64,000 nucleotides of DNA from Planctomycetota bacterium (GTDB lineage Bacteria > Planctomycetota > SZUA-567 > H5-PLA8): assembly GCA_045863855.1 (NCBI GenBank), contig BTVV01000022.1, positions 1 through 64,000 of the forward strand, given 5' to 3'. The notes beneath the pieces were generated by a model. It was not told where the DNA came from. It searched no databases and saw only the letters and a list, made by a program, of their open reading frames with translations. Positions 1-8,979 of this stretch are shown piece after piece (position 1 is the stretch's first letter; each line of letters begins with the position of its first letter). A program made the position numbers and the translations under genes.

Positions 1-27
1 GCATCGCGCAACGTCAAGCATCGCGAA

Positions 28-897
28 GTGGCGGCGCTCAGCTTGGGCCTCTGGAAGCACCCCGCTCAGGAAGCCGCGGTGGTGCAGACCCTGGTGAAGT
101 TGCTCTCCGACGGCGCCAGCACCGTTCAACAGCGCGCGGCCGAAAGCTTGGGCGCATTAGCCAACCGGCGTTTCGCTTCGGCGTTGCAAGCCGAAGAACC
201 GCTTTGGCAAGCGTTTTCGCGCGGCCGGCCGCTGGTGCGCTACGCGGCGGCGCTGGCGCTGGGTGAAATCGCCGCGAAAGGGCGCGTCCTGCCCGACATA
301 CGCCGCGCGCAAGTAATGCGCGAATTGAATCACGGACGCATCGAGGATGCGAGTGGTGCGTGCCGCGAGGCGTTGCTGTGCGTCGTCGACCAAGTCAGCG
401 GCACGATCGCTCCTGCGCGCCCTGCCGTTGAGCCGCCTAAGGATACCGAAGGCGCGAAGAGCGCCGAACCGAAGAAAGAAGAACCACAAAAAGAAGAGCC
501 CAAGGACCAGCCCGCGGATCCGCCTCCGGCTTCCGATCCGCCGCCCAGCACCGAGCCGCCGCCGGCCGGTGAATCGCCACCCAGCTCGGAGCCGCCGACT
601 GAAACGCCCCAGGATCCTCCGCCCGCCAGCGATCCCGGGCTGGCGCCTGCGCCGGAAGCGCCCAAAGAACCACCCCCCACAGGCAGCGATTCCGCTCCAC
701 CTCCGGATCAAGCGTCGTCGGGCAAACCGCAACCTGGCGCCTTGCTGCCTAAGGTAGGCGTTGAGGGCATGGGGGATCGCAGCAAGAGCCCGATTTCGTC
801 GGGGCCGCCGAGTTTTGGGCGCCAGCGGCTCGAAGAGATCGAAAACCCGGCGCGCCCCGGACAAGTCGTCTACTCGAATTACGTCCAAGTCCGATAG
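28..897 (+). CDS. HEAT-repeat protein with Pro-rich C-terminal region (probably 5'-truncated by the window edge)
   Basis: HEAT-like units (VQQRAAESLGAL, VRYAAALALGEI) followed by a P/E-rich low-complexity tail. Confidence 0.6.
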   Translation: MAALSLGLWKHPAQEAAVVQTLVKLLSDGASTVQQRAAESLGALANRRFASALQAEEPLWQAFSRGRPLVRYAAALALGEIAAKGRVLPDIRRAQVMRELNHGRIEDASGACREALLCVVDQVSGTIAPARPAVEPPKDTEGAKSAEPKKEEPQKEEPKDQPADPPPASDPPPSTEPPPAGESPPSSEPPTETPQDPPPASDPGLAPAPEAPKEPPPTGSDSAPPPDQASSGKPQPGALLPKVGVEGMGDRSKSPISSGPPSFGRQRLEEIENPARPGQVVYSNYVQVR

Positions 898-904
898 CCG
901 AAAA

Positions 905-1939
905 TCAATACGCGAGCGCCGGCCAGAATCCGCCACGTGCAAGCAGCACCACACCGGTCACCGTCAGCGGCGAGAGCAGCGTGGTGTAAAGCACCGTCCG
1001 CGCCACGTAGTCCGGATGATTATCGAACTCCAGACACAGCAACATGCAGTTGACGGAGGTCGGCATCGCGGAGCCGATCAAGAGCACCTGCGCGACAAAA
1101 CCGTGCAAGCCAAACGCCCAGATCAGCGCGCATGCGAGCAGCGGACCCGCCATCAGGCGCAGGACCACGCTCAGCGCGATCGGGTCTTTGCTTCCCGTAC
1201 TGCGCACGGAGCCCAATTGGGCTCCGAGCGTACACAGCGCGATCGCGATAAACGCTTGATAGATATATCCAATCACCACCCAAATCGGATTTAACCAAGC
1301 TGCCGTCTGATTCGCAGCCGCTTCGTCAAACCCTGCACGCACGGCCACGGTCAGCAGGGCCAGGGCCAGCGCGTATACGGGCGGAAAGCGCAGCGTCTCG
1401 CGCAACACTCCGCCCAAGGTCATCTTCCGCTTACCGTTAGCGGCCAGCCAAATACCCACCGTAAAGCTGGTAATATTCTGGACGATCATGACGAAGACCT
1501 GGAGCGCCATGGCGTCCGCGCTACGGCCGGCCGAGCGGAAAGCGAGATCCTGCACCGGCAATCCATAGTTGCCGGAGTTGTAAAAGATACTGGTCATCAA
1601 GAGCGCATTACGGCGGTCACTTGGCACGCCGGCCCAAGGGGCAACCAGTACCGTCAGTCCCGCCAGCAGCGCCATCAGGGCCAGCGAGAAGCCCACGATC
1701 AACGCCACTTCGCCCGCGCCGACTTTGGTCGTCACCACCGCACGATAAATCACGCACGGAATGCAGAAGTGAAAATTGAGGCGGGAGAGCGTCGCCATAT
1801 CGAGGCCAAGCCGGCGCTGCAGCAGGTATCCGACCCCGGCCAGGATCAGCACCGGAAGTACGATGCCGTGAAAAATCTCGCCTAACTGGCTCAGGAGAGT
1901 CTCGGCAGCTAACGCCAGGAATAGGGGCGGCAAAGGCAT
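905..1939 (-). CDS. AEC (auxin efflux carrier) family transporter
   Basis: Many TM segments; NSGNYGLP and AMPTSVN motifs. Confidence 0.85.
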   Translation of the reverse strand: MPLPPLFLALAAETLLSQLGEIFHGIVLPVLILAGVGYLLQRRLGLDMATLSRLNFHFCIPCVIYRAVVTTKVGAGEVALIVGFSLALMALLAGLTVLVAPWAGVPSDRRNALLMTSIFYNSGNYGLPVQDLAFRSAGRSADAMALQVFVMIVQNITSFTVGIWLAANGKRKMTLGGVLRETLRFPPVYALALALLTVAVRAGFDEAAANQTAAWLNPIWVVIGYIYQAFIAIALCTLGAQLGSVRSTGSKDPIALSVVLRLMAGPLLACALIWAFGLHGFVAQVLLIGSAMPTSVNCMLLCLEFDNHPDYVARTVLYTTLLSPLTVTGVVLLARGGFWPALAY

Positions 1940-1951
1940 GGGTGTGCGCGT

Positions 1952-2287
1952 CTACTTCTTCGGCTTACGAGCGGCCTTCTCGTCCAGTCCGCCGATACCG
2001 TGGCGCTGCGCGAGTTCGGCTTCGACGTCTTGCAACGTGGCGCCCTGCTGTGCCAGCAACACCAGGCTGTGGAAATACAGATCGGCCAGTTCCCGGACAA
2101 GCTTTTGCTTCCCTTCCTCCCGCGCGGCCTTGATCACCTCGCCCGTCTCTTCGGCCAGCTTGCAGCCGATGGCGTCGGCGCCCCCGCGCAGCAGTTTGGC
2201 CACATACGACTTTTCTGGCATCGTGCGTTGGCGCTCCAGAACCGTCTCGAAGACTGCAGCGAGCACGTGAGAAGACGCAGCACTCAT
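1952..2287 (-). CDS. hisE: Phosphoribosyl-ATP pyrophosphohydrolase
   Basis: SYVAKLL..G...IGCKLAEETGEV...ELADLYFH; ATG at 2287 inside the longer ORF. Confidence 0.9.
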   Translation of the reverse strand: MSAASSHVLAAVFETVLERQRTMPEKSYVAKLLRGGADAIGCKLAEETGEVIKAAREEGKQKLVRELADLYFHSLVLLAQQGATLQDVEAELAQRHGIGGLDEKAARKPKK

Positions 2288-2298
2288 GGTGGATTCCT

Positions 2299-3492
2299 TT
2301 ACAGCGCGCCGCGCAGGAAGCGGCCGAGAAGCTCGTGTCCCGGCGCCACGCTCAAGCTCGCACGCTTGGCGTCGGTTTCGGTAAAGCCCAGCCCACCCGC
2401 ATCGAATCCCGGCCCCCAGGCAAGAAACGGGATCGGTTCGCTCGCATGCGTCTTCAGCGCACAGGGAGTCGAATGGTCCGGACAGACCAGCATCCGCAGT
2501 TCGCCCCGCTTCGCCCATTCGCTTTCCAGAATCGGGCCCACGATCTCCGCGTCGATGCGCTCCAGCGAGCGCGTTTTCTCCGCGTGATCGGCGAGATGGC
2601 CGCACTCGTCGGGAGCCTCGACATGCACGAACAGCAGATCTTTTCGCCTCAAGGCATCCAGCGCGTAGCGCGCTTTGGCGGCGTAGTCGGTGTCTGTGAA
2701 CCCCGTGATGCCGGGCACGTCGAGGAGTTCGAGGCCCAGATACAGCGCCAGACTCTTAAGCAAATCTACCGCGCTGATCATCGCGCCTTCGAGCCCGTAA
2801 ATATCGCGGAAAAGCGGCAAGCTCGGCCGCGGCCCGTGCCCCCAAAGCCAGATCTGCGTCGCGCCGTTCTCGTGCTTGCGCCGCCGCTCGGCATTGACCG
2901 GATGCGGCGCGAGAATCTTCTTGGACTGCTCCATCAGCTCAAGCAGCAGCGGCGCGTCGGCGCCCTGGGGCAGATGGGATGCGATCTCGCGCCCGGTGAT
3001 GTTGTGCGGCGGCGTACACTTAGCTTCGAGCGAGCCGGACTTCTTGATCACCAGCAAATGGCGATACTGTACGCCCGGATAGAAATGGACCCCGTCGCGG
3101 CCCAGCACCTTCTCGATATCTTCGATCAGTGCACGGGATTCCTCGGTGCTGATGTGACCCGCCGAATAATCAACCATCACTCCGTTCTCGACGGTGACGG
3201 TGTTGCAGCGGACGGCAATCTCGTCTTCGGCCAGCTCGACCCCCAGGCTCTTGGCTTCCAGCGGCGCGCGCCCTGTGTGGTACTTGAGCGGATCGAAGCC
3301 CAAGAGCGACATGCAGCAAACGTCGCTCCCGTTGCCCGCGGGCTCGACGGCATGCTGCGTCCGGCCCACCTGGCCTTCGCGTGCAATACGCTGCAGGTGC
3401 GGCATCTTCGCCGCTTCAAGGGGCGTGCGATTATCGAGTGCGGCGAGCGGCCAGTCGGCGGCGCCATCGGGACAAAGGACCAAGTACTTCAT
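2299..3492 (-). CDS. Cofactor-independent phosphoglycerate mutase, ApgM-like family
   Basis: DGAAD, TPLEAA, GSDV, GRAPLEA, HVEAPDECGH, PDHSTP metalloenzyme motifs. Confidence 0.85.
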   Translation of the reverse strand: MKYLVLCPDGAADWPLAALDNRTPLEAAKMPHLQRIAREGQVGRTQHAVEPAGNGSDVCCMSLLGFDPLKYHTGRAPLEAKSLGVELAEDEIAVRCNTVTVENGVMVDYSAGHISTEESRALIEDIEKVLGRDGVHFYPGVQYRHLLVIKKSGSLEAKCTPPHNITGREIASHLPQGADAPLLLELMEQSKKILAPHPVNAERRRKHENGATQIWLWGHGPRPSLPLFRDIYGLEGAMISAVDLLKSLALYLGLELLDVPGITGFTDTDYAAKARYALDALRRKDLLFVHVEAPDECGHLADHAEKTRSLERIDAEIVGPILESEWAKRGELRMLVCPDHSTPCALKTHASEPIPFLAWGPGFDAGGLGFTETDAKRASLSVAPGHELLGRFLRGAL

Positions 3493-3669
3493 GGTGTTCG
3501 GGTACCTCTCGCTTCCGGCAGGTGATTCGACCGTTCAGTCGGCGGAAACTATTGTAGGGAAATCGGGCCTTCTGGCAACGCGTGGAAGTCTCGGCATGCA
3601 ACGACGTTAGATTCCACTCGGGATATCGGAAGCGCGGTAACCCCAGCACCCTTCGGGCATCCTATAAGC

Positions 3670-4734
3670 ATGAGCCCCAATGGAGATCGACTCCCGATGA
3701 GAAAGTACCTGAAAACGGTTGCCCTGAGCGTGATTGCCGTGCTGGCATGGGCGGGCGCCGTGTCGGCCAAACCTTTGGGCATCGTCGCCAACGATGTCAT
3801 GGATCGCGCGCTCTTGATCGCCGAAGTCCAAATTTTGGAAGTGCGCATTCCACCCGCCACCGGCCGCGGCGGCATGCTGGCGGCCGACCAAGGGTTAATT
3901 CGTTTGCGCGTGACGAACGATCCCGAAGGCGTCTTCAGGGGTTTCGCAATGCTGGGCCAGGAACTGGAGTTGCTTCCCGCTCTAGGCGGACCGTCCGGCT
4001 GCGCGGGAGACTTGCAAAAGCTGGCCGACTCCGGAGAACGCCTCCTGGTGGTGGTCACGCAGGATCGGCGCGTGATCCTGGCCGGCAAACCTCGTGACGA
4101 AGATGGCAAGCGAATTTACCGGTTGCGAAGCTGGTGCGATTACAACGCGTGGTGGGTTTGGTCCACCGACAAGGCGTTCGGGACCAGCGTAAAGCTAGAG
4201 AACGATTGGGGCAGCATGCTGGATGTCGGCGCACACGAAGTCCGCACTCGATACGTAAAGGAACACACCGAGTTCCTGGGCCTGGCTTCGGCCTTCTTGC
4301 TGAAGGAGCCCGCATTGATGAGCGCCGCCGAGTTATCCGATCAGGTTATGCGCCTGGGCTCCGAGGAACCACAGGCGCGTGAAGACGCACAAAAGGCACT
4401 GCTCGAAGGCAGCCGCTGGAGCATCCGAGAACTTCGAGAGGCCAAGGCCCGCAGCACCGAGCTTGAAGTTCAATCTCGGCTTAACGCGATCCTCGCGGCG
4501 CTCGCACTCCACGATGCGGCCTTCTCGTCTTGCGAGACCGTGCGCGGAAAAGGTCCGGAGGCCGAAGCACGCATGCTTCTCGCCGCGTGGCCCGCCCTCG
4601 ATGCCCCGCACCGCGAACGGGCCGGAGCGCACTGGGCCAAGCTCGCGGCGCAGCGCGATCCGGCGTTGAACGTGCCGGCCGATGCCACACCCGAAGCGCT
4701 CATGGAAGTGTGGAAAAAAACGCTGACGCCTTGA
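3670..4734 (+). CDS. Hypothetical exported protein
   Basis: Signal-peptide-like N-terminus (start may be 3697); LGSEEPQAREDAQKAL helical motif. Confidence 0.55.
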   Translation: MSPNGDRLPMRKYLKTVALSVIAVLAWAGAVSAKPLGIVANDVMDRALLIAEVQILEVRIPPATGRGGMLAADQGLIRLRVTNDPEGVFRGFAMLGQELELLPALGGPSGCAGDLQKLADSGERLLVVVTQDRRVILAGKPRDEDGKRIYRLRSWCDYNAWWVWSTDKAFGTSVKLENDWGSMLDVGAHEVRTRYVKEHTEFLGLASAFLLKEPALMSAAELSDQVMRLGSEEPQAREDAQKALLEGSRWSIRELREAKARSTELEVQSRLNAILAALALHDAAFSSCETVRGKGPEAEARMLLAAWPALDAPHRERAGAHWAKLAAQRDPALNVPADATPEALMEVWKKTLTP

Positions 4735-4740
4735 ATCGGG

Positions 4741-6117
4741 TCAGTCTTCGACGCGATAAAACGCGCTGGGCTTGCGGACAAAGGGCAGGCTTTCGATTTC
4801 CGCGCGCGCGGCCTGAAAGCGGTCCTCGACGCTGAGATGCGTCAGCATCACGATCGGCACGAAGCCGGTCTCGTGCGGTTCCTTTTGAATCACGCTGGCG
4901 ATCGAAACGCCGTGCCCGCCCAGCACCGAGGCGACTTTGCCCATCACGCCGGGCCGGTCGTCGACGTTGAAACGCACGTAATAGCGGCTGCGAATCTTGT
5001 CCGTCGGAATCACCGGCATGTCTTCGCGCGGGTTCTGGAAGAACTGAAGCTTGGTGAAAGTCTGCCGGGCGCTGCCGCGAGCCGCGTCCATAATGTCGGC
5101 GACGATAGCGCTTCCGGTGGGCATCATGCCCGCGCCACGGCCATACAGCATCACTTCGCCCGTCGCATCGCCGCGGATCAGCACCGCGTTGTTCACGTCG
5201 CGGACATTGGCCAGCGGGTGGCTGAAGGGCACCAGCGCCGGATGCACGCGCAGTTCCAAGCCTCCGGGAAAGTCTTCGGGATCGGCGCCCGGGTTCCGAC
5301 GCTTGGCCACCGCCAGCAATTTGACGGCGTAACCCAGGTCGGACGCATAGCGAACATCGTCGAGCGCCAGACCGTCGATGCCTTCCGCGTGCACTTCGCT
5401 GAAATCGAAGATGCTATGGAAAGCGAGATTACTCAACAGCGTAAGCTTGTGCGCGGCATCAATGCCTTTCACATCGGTCGAAGGATCAGCCTCGGCGTAG
5501 CCTTTGCTTTGCGCTTCGTACAGGCATTGCGCATAGCTGACCTTGTCTTCCACCATGCGCGTCAGAATGTAGTTGGTGGTGCCGTTCAGAATGCCGTGAA
5601 TGGACTCGATGCGGTTGGCGACCAGTCCGTCGCGTAGCGCGCCGATCACGGGGATGCCGCCGCAAACCGAGGCCTCGAAGCCGATCGAGCCGCCGTGGGC
5701 AAGTGCGGTCTCAAAAAGCTCTTTGCCGTGCGTGGCCAGCAAGGCTTTGTTGGCCGTCACCACCGCCTTGCCGCTTTTAAGTGCCCGCAGAATAAGTGTC
5801 CGGGCCGGCTCGATGCCACCGATCACCTCAACGACGATATCGACTTCGGGGTCGTCCACTACCGCCTGGCCGTCGGAAGTAAAGAGCACCGGATCGATGC
5901 TCACGGCGCGATGCTTCTTCATGTCGCGCACGGCGATGCGGCGGATCTGAATGTCGATCCCGGTCTTTTCTTTCAGGGACGGCCGGGAATGAAGCACGAT
6001 CTGCGCCGTGCCGGCGCCGACGGTGCCGAAGCCGAGCATCCCGATCCGAAAGACTTTCTTGGCGTCGCTGCTAGCAGTCATGGCGGGATACTGTAGAGGC
6101 GCGCGAAGGGAATGCAA
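4741..6117 (-). CDS. hom: Homoserine dehydrogenase with C-terminal ACT domain
   Basis: GFGTVG, VVTANK, FEASVCGGIP, GILNGTTNYIL, GYAEADP; DRPGVMGKV ACT domain. Confidence 0.95.
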   Translation of the reverse strand: MHSLRAPLQYPAMTASSDAKKVFRIGMLGFGTVGAGTAQIVLHSRPSLKEKTGIDIQIRRIAVRDMKKHRAVSIDPVLFTSDGQAVVDDPEVDIVVEVIGGIEPARTLILRALKSGKAVVTANKALLATHGKELFETALAHGGSIGFEASVCGGIPVIGALRDGLVANRIESIHGILNGTTNYILTRMVEDKVSYAQCLYEAQSKGYAEADPSTDVKGIDAAHKLTLLSNLAFHSIFDFSEVHAEGIDGLALDDVRYASDLGYAVKLLAVAKRRNPGADPEDFPGGLELRVHPALVPFSHPLANVRDVNNAVLIRGDATGEVMLYGRGAGMMPTGSAIVADIMDAARGSARQTFTKLQFFQNPREDMPVIPTDKIRSRYYVRFNVDDRPGVMGKVASVLGGHGVSIASVIQKEPHETGFVPIVMLTHLSVEDRFQAARAEIESLPFVRKPSAFYRVED

Positions 6118-6144
6118 CCGAACGCGAGCAGCCGTCTATAGCCC

Positions 6145-6978
6145 TTACGCATAGGGAAAGCGCGCGTCCAGCTTGGCCTTGTCGAGCTCCACCAAGAGTT
6201 CCGCAAGTCCGCGCGCTTCGGCTTCAATCACGGATTTCCCTTTGGCCGCGGAACTCTTGCGCGTTTCGCCTCCGGCGCTCTGCGGCATGTACAAATGCCA
6301 CGGGCGCACGAACTGCGCGCGGCGCAGCGCCTTAACCTTCACGGTGCCCAACGGGTTGTTGGCGAACTTGTGTTCGCGAACCAGGTCCGGGCGAATCCAC
6401 ATCATGCGGCTGGTCTCGCTTTCTCCGGCGTGATCGCTGCCATGTTCGATCGGACTCTTGAAATCTTCAGGCTTCAGATCGCTCGCCCAGCATACGAACG
6501 GCATGCCTTCCATCCCGGCCATCTCGCGTTGCGCAGCCATAATCGCGCCGGGGTTTCCTCCGTGTCCGTTGACGATCACCAGCTTGCCGACACCGTCCTC
6601 GCGCGCTTGAGTGGCCAGATCCAACAGGACCGTCATCAGCGTGCGCACACCGATACGCAATGCGAATGGAAACTTCTTCATGTTCACGTTGTTCGTAATC
6701 GGGAGCGTCGGGTACAGCAGCGCCTTCGCGCCGCGCGCGTTGGCCCATTCGACGCCCAATCGGCACAGTCGCGTCACCTGCCACGTATCCGTGCCGTAGG
6801 GTAGATGCGGGCCGTGCGGTTCGGTGCTGCCCAGCGCCACCACGGCCACGCGCGGCTTAAACGCGCGGACTTCCTCGACGGTCATTTCTTCCAACAGTCC
6901 AGGGAAGGCCGCTCCCCTATTGCCGGCGGCAGCTTTGCGCGAATTCGAACTCTTGCGTGCCATGCGTATGTTCCCCAT
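6145..6978 (-). CDS. Creatininase family protein
   Basis: GSTEPHGPHLPYGTD, NGHGGN, HAGESETS. Confidence 0.9.
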   Translation of the reverse strand: MGNIRMARKSSNSRKAAAGNRGAAFPGLLEEMTVEEVRAFKPRVAVVALGSTEPHGPHLPYGTDTWQVTRLCRLGVEWANARGAKALLYPTLPITNNVNMKKFPFALRIGVRTLMTVLLDLATQAREDGVGKLVIVNGHGGNPGAIMAAQREMAGMEGMPFVCWASDLKPEDFKSPIEHGSDHAGESETSRMMWIRPDLVREHKFANNPLGTVKVKALRRAQFVRPWHLYMPQSAGGETRKSSAAKGKSVIEAEARGLAELLVELDKAKLDARFPYA

Positions 6979-7048
6979 GTTCCTTGACCGAAGCCTGTCC
7001 TGCGAAAGAATTCTCCCGACACTTCGCCAAAGCGCGGCTAACCGCCGC

Positions 7049-8209
7049 CTATGCCAAGGCTCGCTCGTAGCTGGCGCGAGTCAGCTCCGCGGTGCGCGTC
7101 CAGGTCATCTCGCGCACCCGCACTAACCCTTTCGCCCGCCAAGGCGCCCGCGATATGGCACCTTCCTTTTCCTCAAGCCATTCTTCGAGCGCTTCTCGCA
7201 ATCCTTGCAGCGGATTGTTGGGCCCGACATCGAAGGTGCGGGCGGCGCCTTGAGCCACTTCGCGCAGCGCCGGATCGGCGCCAATCAGAACCGGCGTTCC
7301 GCTGGCCATGGCCTCCAGCACGGGCATCCCAAAGCCTTCCGCATGGCTTGGCATCACCACACATTCCGCCAAATTGTAAACCAGGGGCAGCGCGGCATCG
7401 GGAACGTAACCGGTCAGATAAATGTAATCGCGTGCATTCAACTCGCGGATCAGCCGGTCGAGGTTATCCATCCCCCACCCCAGCCTCCCGGCCAAGACCA
7501 GCGCATGCGGCAATTTGCGGTGCATTTTTGCGGCAAAAAAAGCACGAATCAATCCCTCTACATTCTTCTTCGGCTCCAGCGTGCCGACGAATAGAACGAA
7601 TCGCTCAGGCAGCCTCCATTGTTTGCGCGCTTCTTCCAGCCGCGTGCGATCTTCGATGGGCGCAAACTCGGGCCCAACGCCCCAAGGCACCACGTCCACG
7701 CGCTCGGGCGGTGTCTTAAACCGCTCCATCACCTGGCCCTTCACGGTCTCCGTCGGCACCAAGACGCGCCGCGCGACCTTGATGCTTCTCGGCAGCTGGT
7801 GCTTCTGCACCTTCGCGCTACCCGGCGTGCAGTATTGCGGATGCGTTAGGGCGATCAGATCGTGAACGGTCACCACGGCAGGAATCGAGAGCATTGCCGG
7901 CAGCGCGTAGGTCGCTCCGTGCAGAAGCCCGCAGCGCTGCCGGTAACAAGCCGGCTGGAGGCGAAAGTTCCGCCAGAGCGTGCGCACGCCGCGCCAGCGT
8001 CCGGGAAACCACGTGCGCCGAATATCCAAGCTCGGCGTTTCATCCGCTTCGAGGCGCGGCGGTCCGTCGAAGTCGCGTGGCACGAACAGGCTCACGCGGT
8101 CATCGGGAAAGCGGTGCAGATACGCATCCAAGGTCCGCGCCAACGCATGCTGAACGCCGCTGTATGCGCCGAATAGATGCAAGCCGTCGATTGCGATATG
8201 CACCGCCAA
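7049..8209 (-). CDS. Glycosyltransferase family 4 (GT-B)
   Basis: VTVHDL, FVGTLEPKKN, EGFGMPVLEAMASG. Confidence 0.9.
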   Translation of the reverse strand: MAVHIAIDGLHLFGAYSGVQHALARTLDAYLHRFPDDRVSLFVPRDFDGPPRLEADETPSLDIRRTWFPGRWRGVRTLWRNFRLQPACYRQRCGLLHGATYALPAMLSIPAVVTVHDLIALTHPQYCTPGSAKVQKHQLPRSIKVARRVLVPTETVKGQVMERFKTPPERVDVVPWGVGPEFAPIEDRTRLEEARKQWRLPERFVLFVGTLEPKKNVEGLIRAFFAAKMHRKLPHALVLAGRLGWGMDNLDRLIRELNARDYIYLTGYVPDAALPLVYNLAECVVMPSHAEGFGMPVLEAMASGTPVLIGADPALREVAQGAARTFDVGPNNPLQGLREALEEWLEEKEGAISRAPWRAKGLVRVREMTWTRTAELTRASYERALA

Positions 8210-8882
8210 GCTCCCTGAGTCGGTACAGATTACAGTCCTTTCGCAAGTTCGTCACGCACCGGGACATGCGCGGGAGCGAAAAGTCCGCAGGGGCGACGTA
8301 ACCCCTTGCAGGAGGGATGCGGAAATGACAGGGTATAAGTCCAAAGCGCGCCAATTACGCGGCGATCGAGACCGCAGCGGAAGCCGGGCACTGTTACTTC
8401 GCCACCGCCTGCATGCCTTCTTGCGCGACCTGCCACGCCAGGGCCTGGAGATCGATCTGCTTGAAACACATATCCCAATCGTAATTGCGTACGTCGACCT
8501 TGTAAATCACGACAGCCAGATGAACTGAAGAAGGTTGTGGGTCTTTTTGTCGCCGTGCCCGAACGTATCCTAAAAAGGAACTTGCCCGTCTTGCCTTGCG
8601 GGTCGGCGTTGCAAATGCCCGCCAACTCCGGCAGTTGATTCTTCTCGAGGAGTCGGTGAACTCGACACCACCAACGTATCCACCTGCCCGGCTTCGATGG
8701 CTTTACGGACTAAGGTTTGCAGTCATTCTGGGAGCAGGCAGGGAAGCTCGCCATGCCTCGCCTTACAGACCTTCGTAGTTCGGTATGCGCGCCGCTTGAC
8801 GTGAGGATGCCGCCGCCGTAAAAGGATGCGCGGACCGATAAGCGGCCCGAGTTCCGCGCAAGCCGTTCTCATAAGTCCTTGC

Positions 8883-8957
8883 GCCCCCATAGCTCAACGG
8901 ATAGAGCGCAGGCCTCCGAAGCCTGAAATCCAGGTTCGAGTCCTGGTGGGGGCGCCA
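8883..8957 (+). tRNA. tRNA-Arg(CCG)
   Basis: Acceptor GCCCCCA/TGGGGGC, anticodon arm CAGGC-CTCCGAA-GCCTG, GGTTCGAGTCC T-arm, encoded CCA. Confidence 0.95.
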
Positions 8958-8979
8958 TCCCTAAACCCACCGACGACCT

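Noticed and set aside
8883..8957. Island integrated at tRNA-Arg(CCG)
   Set aside because: No duplicate of its 3' end and no adjacent integrase seen in the window.
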